Origin: Ophelia neglecta | Lineage: Eukaryota | DNA length: 64,000 nt | Assembly (NCBI GenBank): GCA_965285935.1 | Contig: OZ260665.1 | Span: 39,680,001 to 39,744,000 of the forward strand | Direction of reading: 5' to 3' | Part shown: positions 54,001 through 64,000 of the stretch, piece after piece | Numbering within the stretch: position 1 is the stretch's first letter | How the letters are laid out: every line of letters starts with the position of its first letter | Notes under the pieces: model-generated | The model's input: the letters and a program-made list of their open reading frames with translations, nothing else | Database searches by the model: none | What the model was told of the DNA's origin: nothing | Translations under genes and position numbers: made by a program

Positions 54001-57000
54001 CCGTTCGAATTCATTCAATAGTAACATAGAAAAACTATGTTTCCCACTAGACGCCAGAAAGCTAGTGATTGCTGGCAAACTTGTCACCCAACGATACCGA
54101 CTGAACGAATTGTGGTACTCTTGCGTTGCGATTGTCCCCATGTGCCGTCGTGGTGCTTTGTGACCTCAATTCAGAGGCAGAAAATAAGTCAGTCATATCA
54201 GGGTTAACCACAATAACGGCATCAATAAATCATTTACTTCGCGAACCGACATCGGGGAGCTAAAGAATACAATACAATTAAAATCAGTTGTCGACAAAAG
54301 TAAACAGTCTTTCTGGTTGTTATTGTGGCTGTTTATTCGTTTTCTACGTGTACGCTAGACGTCACTTTAGTTGGGTGGCCAAGTGAAAAAACCGTTACAC
54401 ATTTGTCAAAAGACCAACATGTTTGGGGGTAAAAATCTATCCTGTTAAATGGCAAATTTTAACGTATTCAATTTTTTTTTTAAATGCAACATAACAGACT
54501 GTGCATCATAACTTACAAATTAAAAGTATTGAGATGGACTAGGTAGATTGAAATTGATACTTTGGGACAACAATAATTTTCACATATTCAAAATGGCTGC
54601 CAAATGGCGGTTAAAATGGCAAAAACTATTATAACCATTTAGCATTGTACAATACATATAATTGGCTGGTCTCTATGTATACCAGGGCTTTAAAATATTC
54701 CACAATTGCATAGGTGAGTGCGCGAAAGTATAGCCTTGACACATCAGCTCTAGCAGAAGCACATTATGACCAATTCGTTCGGCTATTCTTGGTAAATGCT
54801 TGTGCTAGGTGTGCCGGGTACCCAATCCCGGTTTTTATGAGATCCGTGCAAGCCTATGTTGCTTCTGGTTGTGACACCCATATGATTGGAACCCAAATGG
54901 CATCACAAGATGGACCCTGATTAAAATCAATGTGAAGATATTTTTTCAACGCAACGCAGCCATTTGAGCGGTCATTTTGTACTTTGGGCACCACGCTGTT
55001 TAGACTTAAGGAACGCCAAAAAAACGTTGGTGCTTTTGTCAAACCGGTGACGAACTCGGTAAAAATTGTCGCTAACGCATCTCATTATCTATCAATAGAT
55101 AATGTATTGTAATGAGTGCATGGTGCATGTAAATGGAGAACAATGATATCATATGGGAAATTCTATGGGTCGGAGTAGGATGGTGGATGGCAATGTGAGC
55201 TGGGGATAGTCTCGAGCTAGCTCGATTGTATCAGCGGAAGACAGAGCAAAAATTGGTCTTGACGCTAAAGCCACATAATGGTTAAGTTCGCTGTCTAGAT
55301 GATATATATATCGATAGCTATAGGATGAGTTGTGTCAAAGATGGGGAATCCGCGGGGAGTAGGACGGCTGCTCTTGACAGGAAGTTGGAGGTTTTGCTCC
55401 CGATGAGCCAATCAAGTGAAGATGAGAATACAGCCATGAATGAAATGTAGTTTCAGCTCCATCAGAGCATAAAGAACACAAGTCCGAAACTTGACGCTCA
55501 AACAGGGCCTGATGCATGCCAAGGATAGGTGCCAACAGACGGCTCCGGGCTGTGGCAAGCAGTATATCGTGTGATCATGAACAGTCATTGCACAATAGGT
55601 ACCCTTTTTCCTACATGGAAGGGCTTTATTTCTTGACGTATGCGAATCAGAACAGTGCCAAGGTTTCTTCCCTTCATTTGCCAGTCCAATATTCGGAGAT
55701 TACTGCTTTTGTTGTACCTTTCTACTGGGAATTGATGTTTTGGCCCTGCAGCTGATGGTTCCTAATTATTTTGGACAGCTTTAATGCAGTTTTCTTGATC
55801 CAATTTGTGTTGGTCGAGTATACACTCTCGTTTTTTAACATCATGTATAATGGGAGGGTACCACGCTACTATTGAGTGTAACACTGGCCTGTATAAAATA
55901 TAAGGGATATGTGATACTGATTATAAGTTTAATGCAGTCGTCAGACTAATTTTAGACAGCAGTTAAAGTTAAATGTATCACATAATTATCAAATCTCCAC
56001 TATAACGTATTTTGAACGTAAAGTCAATGTAGTTTATTATTTTGAAAATTGACCTTTTAGTCGGCTTCATAAATGTCCCAAAAATATTTTTAACTGTGAT
56101 TGGTGTCTCGTGTGTCGTTTTGTGTAGTGTAGATTTGTCTGTATGTATCCAGAATTAGAATGTCCGTTGCATCTTGGGCCGGCACTTTTAAGTCATGTGA
56201 TCATCACTGGCCGGTCAAACTAACCATACACTCAAGACCCTTTTATGTATATTTATGGAAGGCAGAGGAGGGTTTGAAGGCATGTCCCTCTCCACCTCAC
56301 CCCCATTCGACTGAAATCATTGAACAATCTAAAAACATGGTTTGTTTAAGACAAATAATAATAATTGAATGGACGTGGTTACAAACTTTTAATACTTCCC
56401 CGATTATTTTTAAAGTAGAGATTCCAGTTCCCCTATTCGTCTCTTTCAGTTTGTGTCTAGTGGTCGCGTAGCCAGAATTTCTTATAAATTCAACGTAACA
56501 CGAAAATTATTACAATCGCTCTCTATTGAAAGGTAACGACAGATGAAATCCTTAACCAGAAGGTAAGCAGATTAATTCAATAGATGAAATCCTTAACCAC
56601 AAGGTTAGCAGATTAATTTGGTTCATCGCGTTATTTCTATTGTTGTCGGAAAACAGCACGCTATTTAATGAATTTACACAATTTCGACTAGTCTCATTAC
56701 GACCATTCTTCTGCCTAATATCTTTCACTAGCTAGCGGGTGTGTGCTGCGGTGGAGCTAGTAGTTGGCGACTGACTGTTGGTGAAGAGCGGTGCAGCTGC
56801 GGCATCTGGCGGGTTAGTGTTTGCTTCCTTCATGTGCTCTCGATATGCTCTTATGTCTGTTTCCAAGTCATAATGAAGGTTTCTCATCATACCTTTGTTG
56901 AGTCTTCTTCTCCCTTGACCAAGGGCTGCAGTCTAACGGCATACCCATTGTCGTCTAGAGGCAAATCCTTAACATACTTGTTGATTAAGTGTTGTTGCCT

Positions 57001-60000
57001 CTCCGGTTGCCTTCAAAACATTGGTTTTATGTGGTTGGGAAGCGGATTCAGTGGTGCATTAATGATAGGTAGAAGTTTTCTGGTGATCCTAACCAGAACT
57101 CGTTTCCAGCCTTCACCAATCCCATAATATGCTTCGTCCTTCAGGTCAATACTTTCTGCATTAGTCATGTGGCAGTCTTTATTTTAGATAATGCCTAACT
57201 GTTTCGTGAAATACTTGTCATTTATATATTCCATATCGCCACCTGTCGCTCATTCAAGGAATTCCGCCGATACTGCATTCGGTTGTAGCTTTAAACCATT
57301 CCCTGGCAGCCGTATTTAGCAAAATGTATTTTTTATATTACTATTTTGATTATTATGATTATTTTGATTAGCATGATTATTATGTAGACTTCACCTTATA
57401 TAAGTTCATATATAGTGAAACAGGCCAGCAAATTAGGTTTAGGGCTGTCAGGCATATCGTCGTTTTTAAGTATATCCGGTTGGTTGGCATTTTCTAACTA
57501 TCCCCAAATCGAGCAGTTTCCAAGGAGTGTATGATTTCAATTGGCCATTCAAGACATTTTTTGTGCCGTGCCTACTTCATTGCCTCCCTTTCGCTCGAAA
57601 TTGTCACTTTGTCCCCTCACAAGATGGCGCTTTCTGCTATGGTGAGCGGTGGCTCTTCTCTAAAACAAAACATCACGGCCGTAGTGGCGTGTAGCGTTTG
57701 AAAGGAGCACTTTTTCAGCTCTTGGAGAGACTCGTTAGTTGCTATGGTTTTCTGGGTGGCAGATCGACGGCTCTCACTGATTGGGAGATATTGGGTCATG
57801 TGTTCACATTAACTGTCATCCTGGGGACCCTTGACACTAGACGTTGGTAGATAGGCACACGCGAGAGCCCACGCGAGGGTATCTGCCACGTTCATTGATT
57901 TCCTGTTATTTATCTAACCTTTATATGATATTTCTGGAAATTCACCATCGTGCAATGTGGCACAAGGGTTGACTTTGACAAGAGGTAGGGAGAAAAAAAG
58001 ACTTAAGTGGCGTGTTGGCGAAGACCTCTATCACCTTGTGCCCGAAGGGTATATTGGTTGAATTTCGTAAATCCATGCACAGTGACATGTTCTGAAACTA
58101 GTCTTTACTTCAACTACGCCCTATGAACTTCCAAAGCCTCTCTTTGCACTGCCTGAGTTATATTATCCAATTGAGTGGATGAGTTTGTTTATGTGCTGGT
58201 AGCTGGATAATTTCGTCACATTTTCTGGACTATTCTTTAATAACGATTCTGGTGTGGCTGCCGGCTATCGACTCCTGTTAACGTTGGTTTTTTTCAGCCC
58301 TGTGTTGTACTCTGATATCCGATACTTTGATCGCTAGTGTGAATTCTATTGCTATAATTGATTACATGATTTAAAATGTATGGCCGAGAACACCATTTAT
58401 CGTTTAATGCGCGTGGGGGTGTTTTAATTAGTTGTCAAAATCAGGGCAAATTGGGCCGGAGGAATGTTTGCCTACCTGCTTAAATATATAAGTTAGTAAT
58501 TTGAAAATTATTGCATGCAATAATTGTTTTATTTTGTTTAGAATTAACTCGAATAGGGAAGACAATCTGGCTTTGAGACGTTTTACTGAACACATAAAAG
58601 GGCTACGTAGGATAAGATTTCCTTCGTATTTACTCGTAAAAAATCGTCTATATCTTAACACGCGTACTGATATTTTCATATAAGACAAGGCACTGCCTGG
58701 CTCCGTCAATACACCGTGGTTTTCAGTGTTGCGTGTACTCTGATTGTTTACCTAACCCCATGGACCTGTGATTACGGACATGTTTATGGCATTCTGGCAC
58801 ATTGTACACGGTAGTAAAGTCTGGCATTTACCACACTGATATACATCTTCGACCGAGGAAACAGCCTGTCGGGAATAATTCTCCCTTTCAGCTCCTCATT
58901 GTATATCACAAATCTTGTCGCGACTCGCATGCAAATATTACCAGTCAATGGATCTTACACCGGTTTCTATGATTTATTGACTATTTGCCTTTGATTAGAA
59001 CCAATTATTGCTTGAACCAAGCAAGTAATCGGGGCATTTGCAGCGTGTTTGTAGATTAATGAAGCGAGGGCCTGAATTAATCTTTAGAGTAAATCAAATA
59101 ACGTTTGCCCTAAGATAAAGCAACATTTCCTTTGAATTTCTCTCATTATTCCGGAGTATTTGTAATGGAACCAGCTTTCCGACAAGCCTGGTATCGTGTT
59201 TTCCACTTACTTTAGGGCGGGTTGAAATATTTTTTGGAAAGAACCTCATCGATATGCATAATATCGAAAAAATCACGGTTCACATTTGGTGTAACAGTAA
59301 TAATAATGTATTATGGATGCTCCACGCTTTAATCCAACCGCGTTCTTCTCATGGTACATCGAAATGGGATCTTGCATAATTATATAGACCCTTCAATTAA
59401 TTTGCGTTATAGGCTCTCCTTTGCTTTAGGAATAACCAACTATGTAGTTGATCTTGGAGACTGACTTTTATATTTACCTTATTTACCATTGTCTATAATA
59501 CATCTTTTGCCTGTACGTGTTAACCTGGATATCTGTTTTTCATTTTTTTTATTTATTTATTTAAAATCTTAATCCTAGGACGCCCGCGATACAATATTAT
59601 TTGGAATTGGTAAGTTACTCCAATGACTAGATGGGTTAGTACAAAGACGCATGTGTTTCATTCACTGGAGGCTTGGGTACCATTGGCTTAACCTAACCAA
59701 AAATTGTTCAATGGAAATAAAAGGGTTGAAAAAAGCTTACTTCCCACTGTCGAGAATAAAATAAAAGATAACTGATAAGTAAATAGTACCAGCGATAAAT
59801 CAAAACGGCGACTGAATTAACATGCAATATCTCAAAAATTGTTTGAGAAAGCCTGCATATTTTTTACTTTCTAAAGACAAATGTGTTCTTATTGTAACCT
59901 TGCCCTTATTACACCTAAATATCTTCGCCCAAACAAAATTAGTGCTGACATGCTTATCGTCTCCTGTTTCCCGATTCAAATAGGTTAACTTAAGGTAATT

Positions 60001-60935
60001 TGCCTCTACATTTGACAATAATTGTAGGTTCCCTTATAGGCATTGCGTCAAATAAAAAAAAGTACGTGTGACGAATCGCTTTGAAAGTAAATATGCTTGA
60101 CTTCAAAGGCGCACTGACACATTCGATGTAAATTATCAGGACGAACGGCTGGTTGTGAGTCCATCTAAATGGGATTTCCGGCTGACTTAGAATTAGAAAA
60201 GAAAATATCGATCACCTGCCTCTGGGCATCGGTAAACACATGTTTATAACTCTTTAAATCGAATAGATTGAAAGAGCTAAAAATTAAAGCTGCGATTACA
60301 CAATGCCGGCAAAGTCAAGTCAATAATACTGGTTTAGAGGTGATATATTTACAGATCCAATAAATCAAAGATTAAAGTATATCACTTCAAAGACGTCCTT
60401 ATCATTGTGGAGATGAACCGATAACATGGGGTATACCGAAATGCATTAAATTCATTTTGATGCTATGCCGCCACATTCTTATTTGTATATTGGTCGACTT
60501 GTTTATACAATTATCCATTAACAAAACCTCACATTCTTCTAGCGATCACATTATATATTTGAAAAGAACGATCAATATTCTAGGCGAATTTTCTTTTTAA
60601 ATGGGCTACCCATCATACTTCATGAATACATATAAGATGATAATTATACAAATTTACGTTGGAACTACATGTCTTAGACAAGCGGAGACGTGGTCCGAAG
60701 GGGAAAAACGTATAAAAGTCAGCCGGTATACAACCGAGCAGTATATACGCATTAAGACCCAACCATATGCAGCCATATTACCTTAATTATGCCTTCAGTT
60801 ATTCCTAATAGTTCTTAACAATGACCAATTATGTTCTTACTCACCCTTTTTGCTTAGCACCTGTAGAACGGAGAGGAGGAGAAGAAGAGAAGCCAGGACC
60901 CGAGTCCAAGGTGAGCCGCCAGGAGTTCCTACCAT
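17385..60935 (-). CDS. Nicotinic acetylcholine receptor-like Cys-loop channel subunit, non-alpha (no vicinal Cys), cation-type; 6 coding exons, about 515 aa
   Basis: join(60935-60845, 46659-46511, 23120-23076, 21730-21621, 21346-20811, 18001-17385) = 91+149+45+110+536+617 = 1548 nt, open throughout. Motifs: signal peptide, EQRLL..YDNSVRPV, DEKNQ, WLPDIVLYNNAD, Cys-loop CKVDITFFPFDEQEC, FGSWTYD, M1-M3, PPDAGEK and EWRQVAQVMDRFF-M4. Confidence 0.93.
20811..21346 (-). CDS. nAChR exon 5: Cys-loop, loops B/C, M1, M2
   Basis: CCTACTTTCAG|T completes the split codon AAT. Matches ORF 20797-21321 (CKVDITFFPFDEQEC, GSWTYD, PPDAGEKITLGITVLL). Donor G|GTGGGT in phase 1. Confidence 0.96.
21621..21730 (-). 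CDS. nAChR exon 4 (QWIDERIQWDPKDYNNLKVIRIPAVKLWLPDIVLYN), 110 nt
   Basis: TTTTTTTCCTCTCTATAG| acceptor and AA|GTAAGT donor (phase 2). Conserved 110-nt exon with loop A WxPDIVLYN. Confidence 0.95.
23076..23120 (-). CDS. nAChR exon 3 (DEKNQVLVTNVWLEH), 45 nt
   Basis: CTGTTTTCAG| acceptor and CAT|GTAAGT donor. The 45-nt DEKNQ exon is conserved across nAChR genes and carries the loop D Trp. Confidence 0.95.
24500..24620 (-). mobile_element. Possible decayed LINE apurinic-endonuclease N-terminus
   Basis: YKIYNVEG...HIALSQE loosely resembles APE motifs I (NVxG) and II (I.LQE). It sits in a GC-richer intronic patch. Confidence 0.22.
28590..29635. repeat. 30-31-bp tandem minisatellite: homogeneous core about 29060-29580, degenerate left flank
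   Basis: Unit TCTGTTACCA(A/T)GCTGGGTT(T/A)AGTGTCTCAAC, period 31 (29091, 29122 and onward). Confidence 0.96.
33450..33497. repeat. (CCCCCA)n simple repeat
   Basis: Five CCCCCA hexamers plus further C-runs. Confidence 0.9.
33932..33984. repeat. Degenerate (AT)n microsatellite
   Basis: ATATACATATATGTATATACACATATATATCTATATATTTAAATATATATAT. Confidence 0.85.
41606..43770. repeat. Pair of diverged direct repeats of about 290 bp (41606-41900 and 43492-43770)
   Basis: Shared collinear blocks TTATTTTC..G.GCAGA, TCTTGTATC(T)AAAGAGCATCTG.TGC, CTCATCAGA, GCCTGG.GGT.G and TACTAACAG...TAATATTAAAATA.CAAG. Confidence 0.75.
44081..44685. repeat. 51-bp tandem minisatellite, 12 units, in intron 2
   Basis: ATGGTAAGCC recurs at 44110 and every 51 nt up to 44671. 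Unit ATGGTAAGCCAGGTATGCCAGGAGGAAGTCTCAATTTGGATTGAACATCTC; the first two units are diverged. Confidence 0.97.
44686..44863. mobile_element. MITE, Tc1/mariner-pogo type, 178 bp, TA target-site duplication
   Basis: TA-CAGTGATACCTGG ... CCAGGTTTCACTG-TA (12/13 TIR match). Subterminal AATTAGGGACA is inverted against three TG(C/T)CCCTAATT copies. Confidence 0.85.
45593..45835. repeat. 41-bp tandem minisatellite, about 6 units
   Basis: Unit CCTGTTATGTTACACCATAGATAATGACTTACAAATGCCTA at 45678 and 45719, variants at 45637, 45760 and 45801, and a diverged unit at 45593. Confidence 0.93.
46511..46659 (-). CDS. nAChR exon 2 (AHAGTRSIPDEQRLLNKMFRNYDNSVRPVFNATKNVVVQFGLTLIQVMDM)
   Basis: Acceptor TCCTTTTCTTCCTTTCCACCTGTAG| and donor ATG|GTAAGT (phase 0). 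Encodes the N-terminal helix, RPV motif and N-glycosylation sequon NAT. Confidence 0.92.
46960..47130 (-). promoter_or_regulatory. Possible internal promoter or alternative first-exon region upstream of exon 2
   Basis: GC-rich patch with Inr-like TCATTC (47079-47074). Downstream lies a strong-context ATG (TTCAAAATGG, 46786) in frame with exon 2. Confidence 0.3.
52418..52469. repeat. 26-bp perfect tandem duplication
   Basis: TTCAATTCAATTGTTCGCCCACCATA twice. Confidence 0.9.
55420..55820 (-). mobile_element. Decayed non-LTR retrotransposon (LINE) ORF2 C-terminal fragment
   Basis: One frame with several stops reads ...TNWIKK...KAVISEYW...ARSRLLAPILGMHQALFERQVSDLCSLCSDGAETTFH. It ends in the CxxC...ETxxH zinc knuckle found at the end of invertebrate LINE ORF2. 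Confidence 0.6.
56541..56618. repeat. 41-bp tandem duplication
   Basis: AGATGAAATCCTTAACCA.AAGGT.AGCAGATTAATT at 56541 and 56582. Confidence 0.9.
60845..60935 (-). CDS. nAChR exon 1: signal peptide MVGTPGGSPWTRVLASLLLLLSVLQVLSKK
   Basis: ATG at 60935 (AGGATGG) with an in-frame upstream TGA. Leu-rich h-region, then donor AAGG|GTGAGT in phase 1, matching the phase-1 acceptor at 46659. A separate phase-1 signal-peptide exon is typical of nAChR genes. Confidence 0.82.
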
Positions 60936-61289
60936 CCTCGTATTGTAGTGGATTTTGTCGATCTGTCAATCTCTTTCATTTACGAGCACAACATGTTTTT
61001 TTCTATAGAAATATTCTGGTACACCACGGCCTTTCATATGTCCCTCTTTGTGGATTTCCTCAAGATCCATTCATTAGAGAGTGTTTTAGCTCCTGATTAG
61101 AGATTGGCATGAGAGCGCCGGTCGGCCGCAATGCCAATTCCTCCTGTAATTGCCTTGTAAATACGTGTTGCTCGAAGGACTAAATATTGGTATTCCTAAA
61201 TAAATGCAGGTCTTTCGCTTCCGTGGAAATCACCGGGAACTGTTCACTTGGCGTGTGTGCCATAGGATTAATTCCTTCGAAAACCAACT

Positions 61290-62080
61290 TATGAGCGAGA
61301 GAGCTCCGTCAGATGACAAGTAAACGTCAGGTAAAAAGCGGCCAAGTGTAGGCAACTGACGAGGTAAAACTTGGCGAAGAATTGGCCTAAGTCCTCAGAC
61401 AACATTTGATACACCGAGATAACATCGGAGCATGGGGTCGACCCACGATAAGCTAAATAGCAAGGATCGTACACGAGTATAGCTTATTATTTGCCAAAGA
61501 GGTAGAGGGTCCCTCTACCTTCTGAAGCACCCCCAAGTGGCACCGACCTCTTGCTCCGATTGGCGACACAAGTATTGGTGGACTCAGCAGGATTTAGCCG
61601 GATTTCCGTGCCTCATTGAAATCATTGGCCAGTCCTGCTCACCGCGGCTCTTGTGGCAATGTATCGACGACAAATCTGGCAGACACGGCGTGCCTCTGTG
61701 TTCGGGGTTCCTATCCCCTGGCTCTCGGGTGGGTCTCCTCTCCTCTCTCTCCGGTGGCTAGCGGGTCCCTCTCCTGGCCGGCTGATGGCTTGGCGTTAAC
61801 ATCCAGAACACAGGCGACTCATCTACAGGTCGACCGCAAAACAAGGAGCGAGCGGCCTGTCTACTTGGTACATCTCACCGCTCCTAGGACCCGCGATCAA
61901 CGCCTGCAATCGAAGAAATCCCAAGATAAAGTAACGGCAGGATTATCATGCAACAGATTGCTTTTACACTTAGCTCGTCATCAATAAGAAAACACCCGCC
62001 AAAGCACCGACAGGAGCAGCCGGGATCAGGGAAGGCTTTCAGGCGCTCTTTATGTCAGCCACTGGCTTTTCCAGGCCATT
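61290..62080 (-). promoter_or_regulatory. GC/CpG-richer segment upstream of exon 1; probable promoter or 5' UTR of the nAChR gene
   Basis: Visibly GC-richer than its flanks, 0.4-1.1 kb upstream of the exon 1 ATG, with no sustained minus-strand ORF. Inr-like TCAGTT at 61359-61354. Confidence 0.4.
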
Positions 62081-64000
62081 GAACATAAACCAATACATGG
62101 AACCAAGACATGCCAACCTAGCTGGTGCGGCAGCACGCCATGCCTTAAATGGATATGAAAAGGGATGCCGACAGTTTTTACAGCAAAGCCCTTGTCAGTA
62201 GGCAGCAACTCCCATTTAATACACCTTAACTTATGCAGACAATGTATGTAAATTAATTGTCAACAAAACAAAATACACATTTCCCATCGAATTGTCCATG
62301 TTTAAGCCACTTTTCTCTGGGTTCCTCAAATTTGACTTACTATAGACAGACTGATTATTTAAAACAACTATTAAACCAAGTGAATATATAATTATGACAA
62401 ATCCAAATGTATCTGCAATTACAGGAAAAAGACAGGTTTGCTAAGCCCTAAACGTTGTGCAACAGCTGTCTTCTGCCTAGGCCTCTATCCTGTAAACCTT
62501 ATCATTTACCAGGATCACGCCATCAACATGTGCTTCCATCATTAAACTTGCATGAAAACCCTAATAATTTAATCTCGTACCGTAACAACACTGGCAGTGT
62601 ATACAGTGTATACCGTTCTTTGTTACAAGCCCGTATGATTTTCACCGATAGTAATTGTCAGTTAATTTTAATTTGAATTACGCTGTGTGCCAGTATATTT
62701 TATATAGATTTGATCTAAACACATTTCACTAAATGCTGAGATCAATATCATTATTCTATTATCACATACCAAGTCCAGTCCATGCGGGAGACGATTAGCC
62801 CTCATAGTTTTACACACTCATGCACAACCAGATCAGTAAATATCCTCATATACATATATACAATATAGTTATATAATGTCCAATAAAAATACTGTTTATT
62901 GGATGAATGTTAATCATGGTCATTTGACCTGCGTGTTTTTACCAAGGCTCTTTCGTATATATGTTATTAGGTATAATTGAATACAAGAGCGATACACAAT
63001 ATGAAGTTTTCTCAGCCGTCAGTACATGGAAGACTCTTATTAGTCTATACCAGAGCAGATGATAATTATACACACAAAGGATCTCTAAACGCCAAGCGAT
63101 GAAAGCTGTATAATTATTACATTTTGAAGTCATTTTACGGCCAGGTGTCTGGGTTATATAACCTTTGTAAAGATACCATTCATTTTGTACGCGCTATTTT
63201 TCTGTCTATACATAGGTCAGAATATTGACTTAAATCAATGGATCATAATCATTTGCGATCGGTTGCCAGAATACATGTTTTCAGCCAATGGGATTACTAG
63301 ACAGAATGAATATTCTCAGCCAGAGTTGTTAAATTCGAGACAGAGCCTAAGTTGTTTAAATAATAGTCTCCAGAATGATCGGATTGTGATATACGAAGGG
63401 CGCCATGCAAGTGGACACCAACACATAAGCTTCCCTCATGGCGTAAACGATGCCCCTTGGTTCTTTGCTCTCTGAACATTCATAAGAATAATTAATCTTG
63501 ATTTTTCAGTACTTCTGTACTAAAGTTTTAAATACTCTTGGATAAATAAACAAACTAAGGTAAAACACATTTCTGATATCATAGAGATTCTGGTACAATC
63601 AACGCTCTTGAAAATGGCAAAAGATATATATTCGAATAGGAAGGTTATTATTGACTTTGTAAACAATGTGTAGGTGACTAATGTAGAGTCTTAATCACTT
63701 ATTTACACATTTTACCAGTTCTATACATATGGCTGAAAGTGAAAAGCTGCAAGTAACAAACTGTCAATAATTATTGTTAAGTCATTTGGGGCTATGGCGG
63801 GTGGGACACATTGTAAATAGTCATCAACGAGGTGACCTATAAGTCTGACTAGTTCGCAATTTCCAAAAGAAATGGAAATTCCATGCACTTGATTTTCTTC
63901 GGGATCCATTCATATCTGGTTTACAGTTCAATAGAATATTGCTTGTAATATAGTACTAAAAAAATTAAATTGTTCCCCTGCCAAATGATTACTCTCTTTA

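Noticed and set aside
60845-60910. Plus-strand exon (TTAG|...AAG|GTGAGC) or a 16-nt minus-strand microexon
   Set aside because: The purine/pyrimidine tract is better explained as the Leu/Ser codons of the signal-peptide exon.

Overview
Eukaryotic (metazoan, probably lophotrochozoan; lineage is my inference), AT-rich genomic DNA. It contains one complete intron-containing gene on the minus strand, a Cys-loop ligand-gated ion channel of the nicotinic acetylcholine receptor (nAChR) family. I assembled it by hand from six coding exons: 60935-60845, 46659-46511, 23120-23076, 21730-21621, 21346-20811 and 18001-17385. All junctions are GT-AG and phase-compatible, giving 1548 nt and 515 aa over about 43.5 kb. 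Exons 1, 3 and 4 are missing from the supplied ORF track. The protein has a canonical Cys-loop and a cation-type GEK filter. It keeps all five aromatic-box residues but lacks the loop-C vicinal cysteines (YPISTAVY instead of YxCCxxxY), so it is formally non-alpha. The rest is intronic or intergenic: three minisatellites (31, 51 and 41 bp units), two MITEs, decayed LINE-like fragments and short duplications. I see no prokaryotic system, CRISPR array, rRNA or tRNA, and I cannot demonstrate a new biological system. The best leads are the atypical receptor, a possible second N-terminus from an internal promoter, a 12-copy intronic array antisense to the nearby splice donor, and an orphan signal-peptide exon lacking AUG at about 12 kb.
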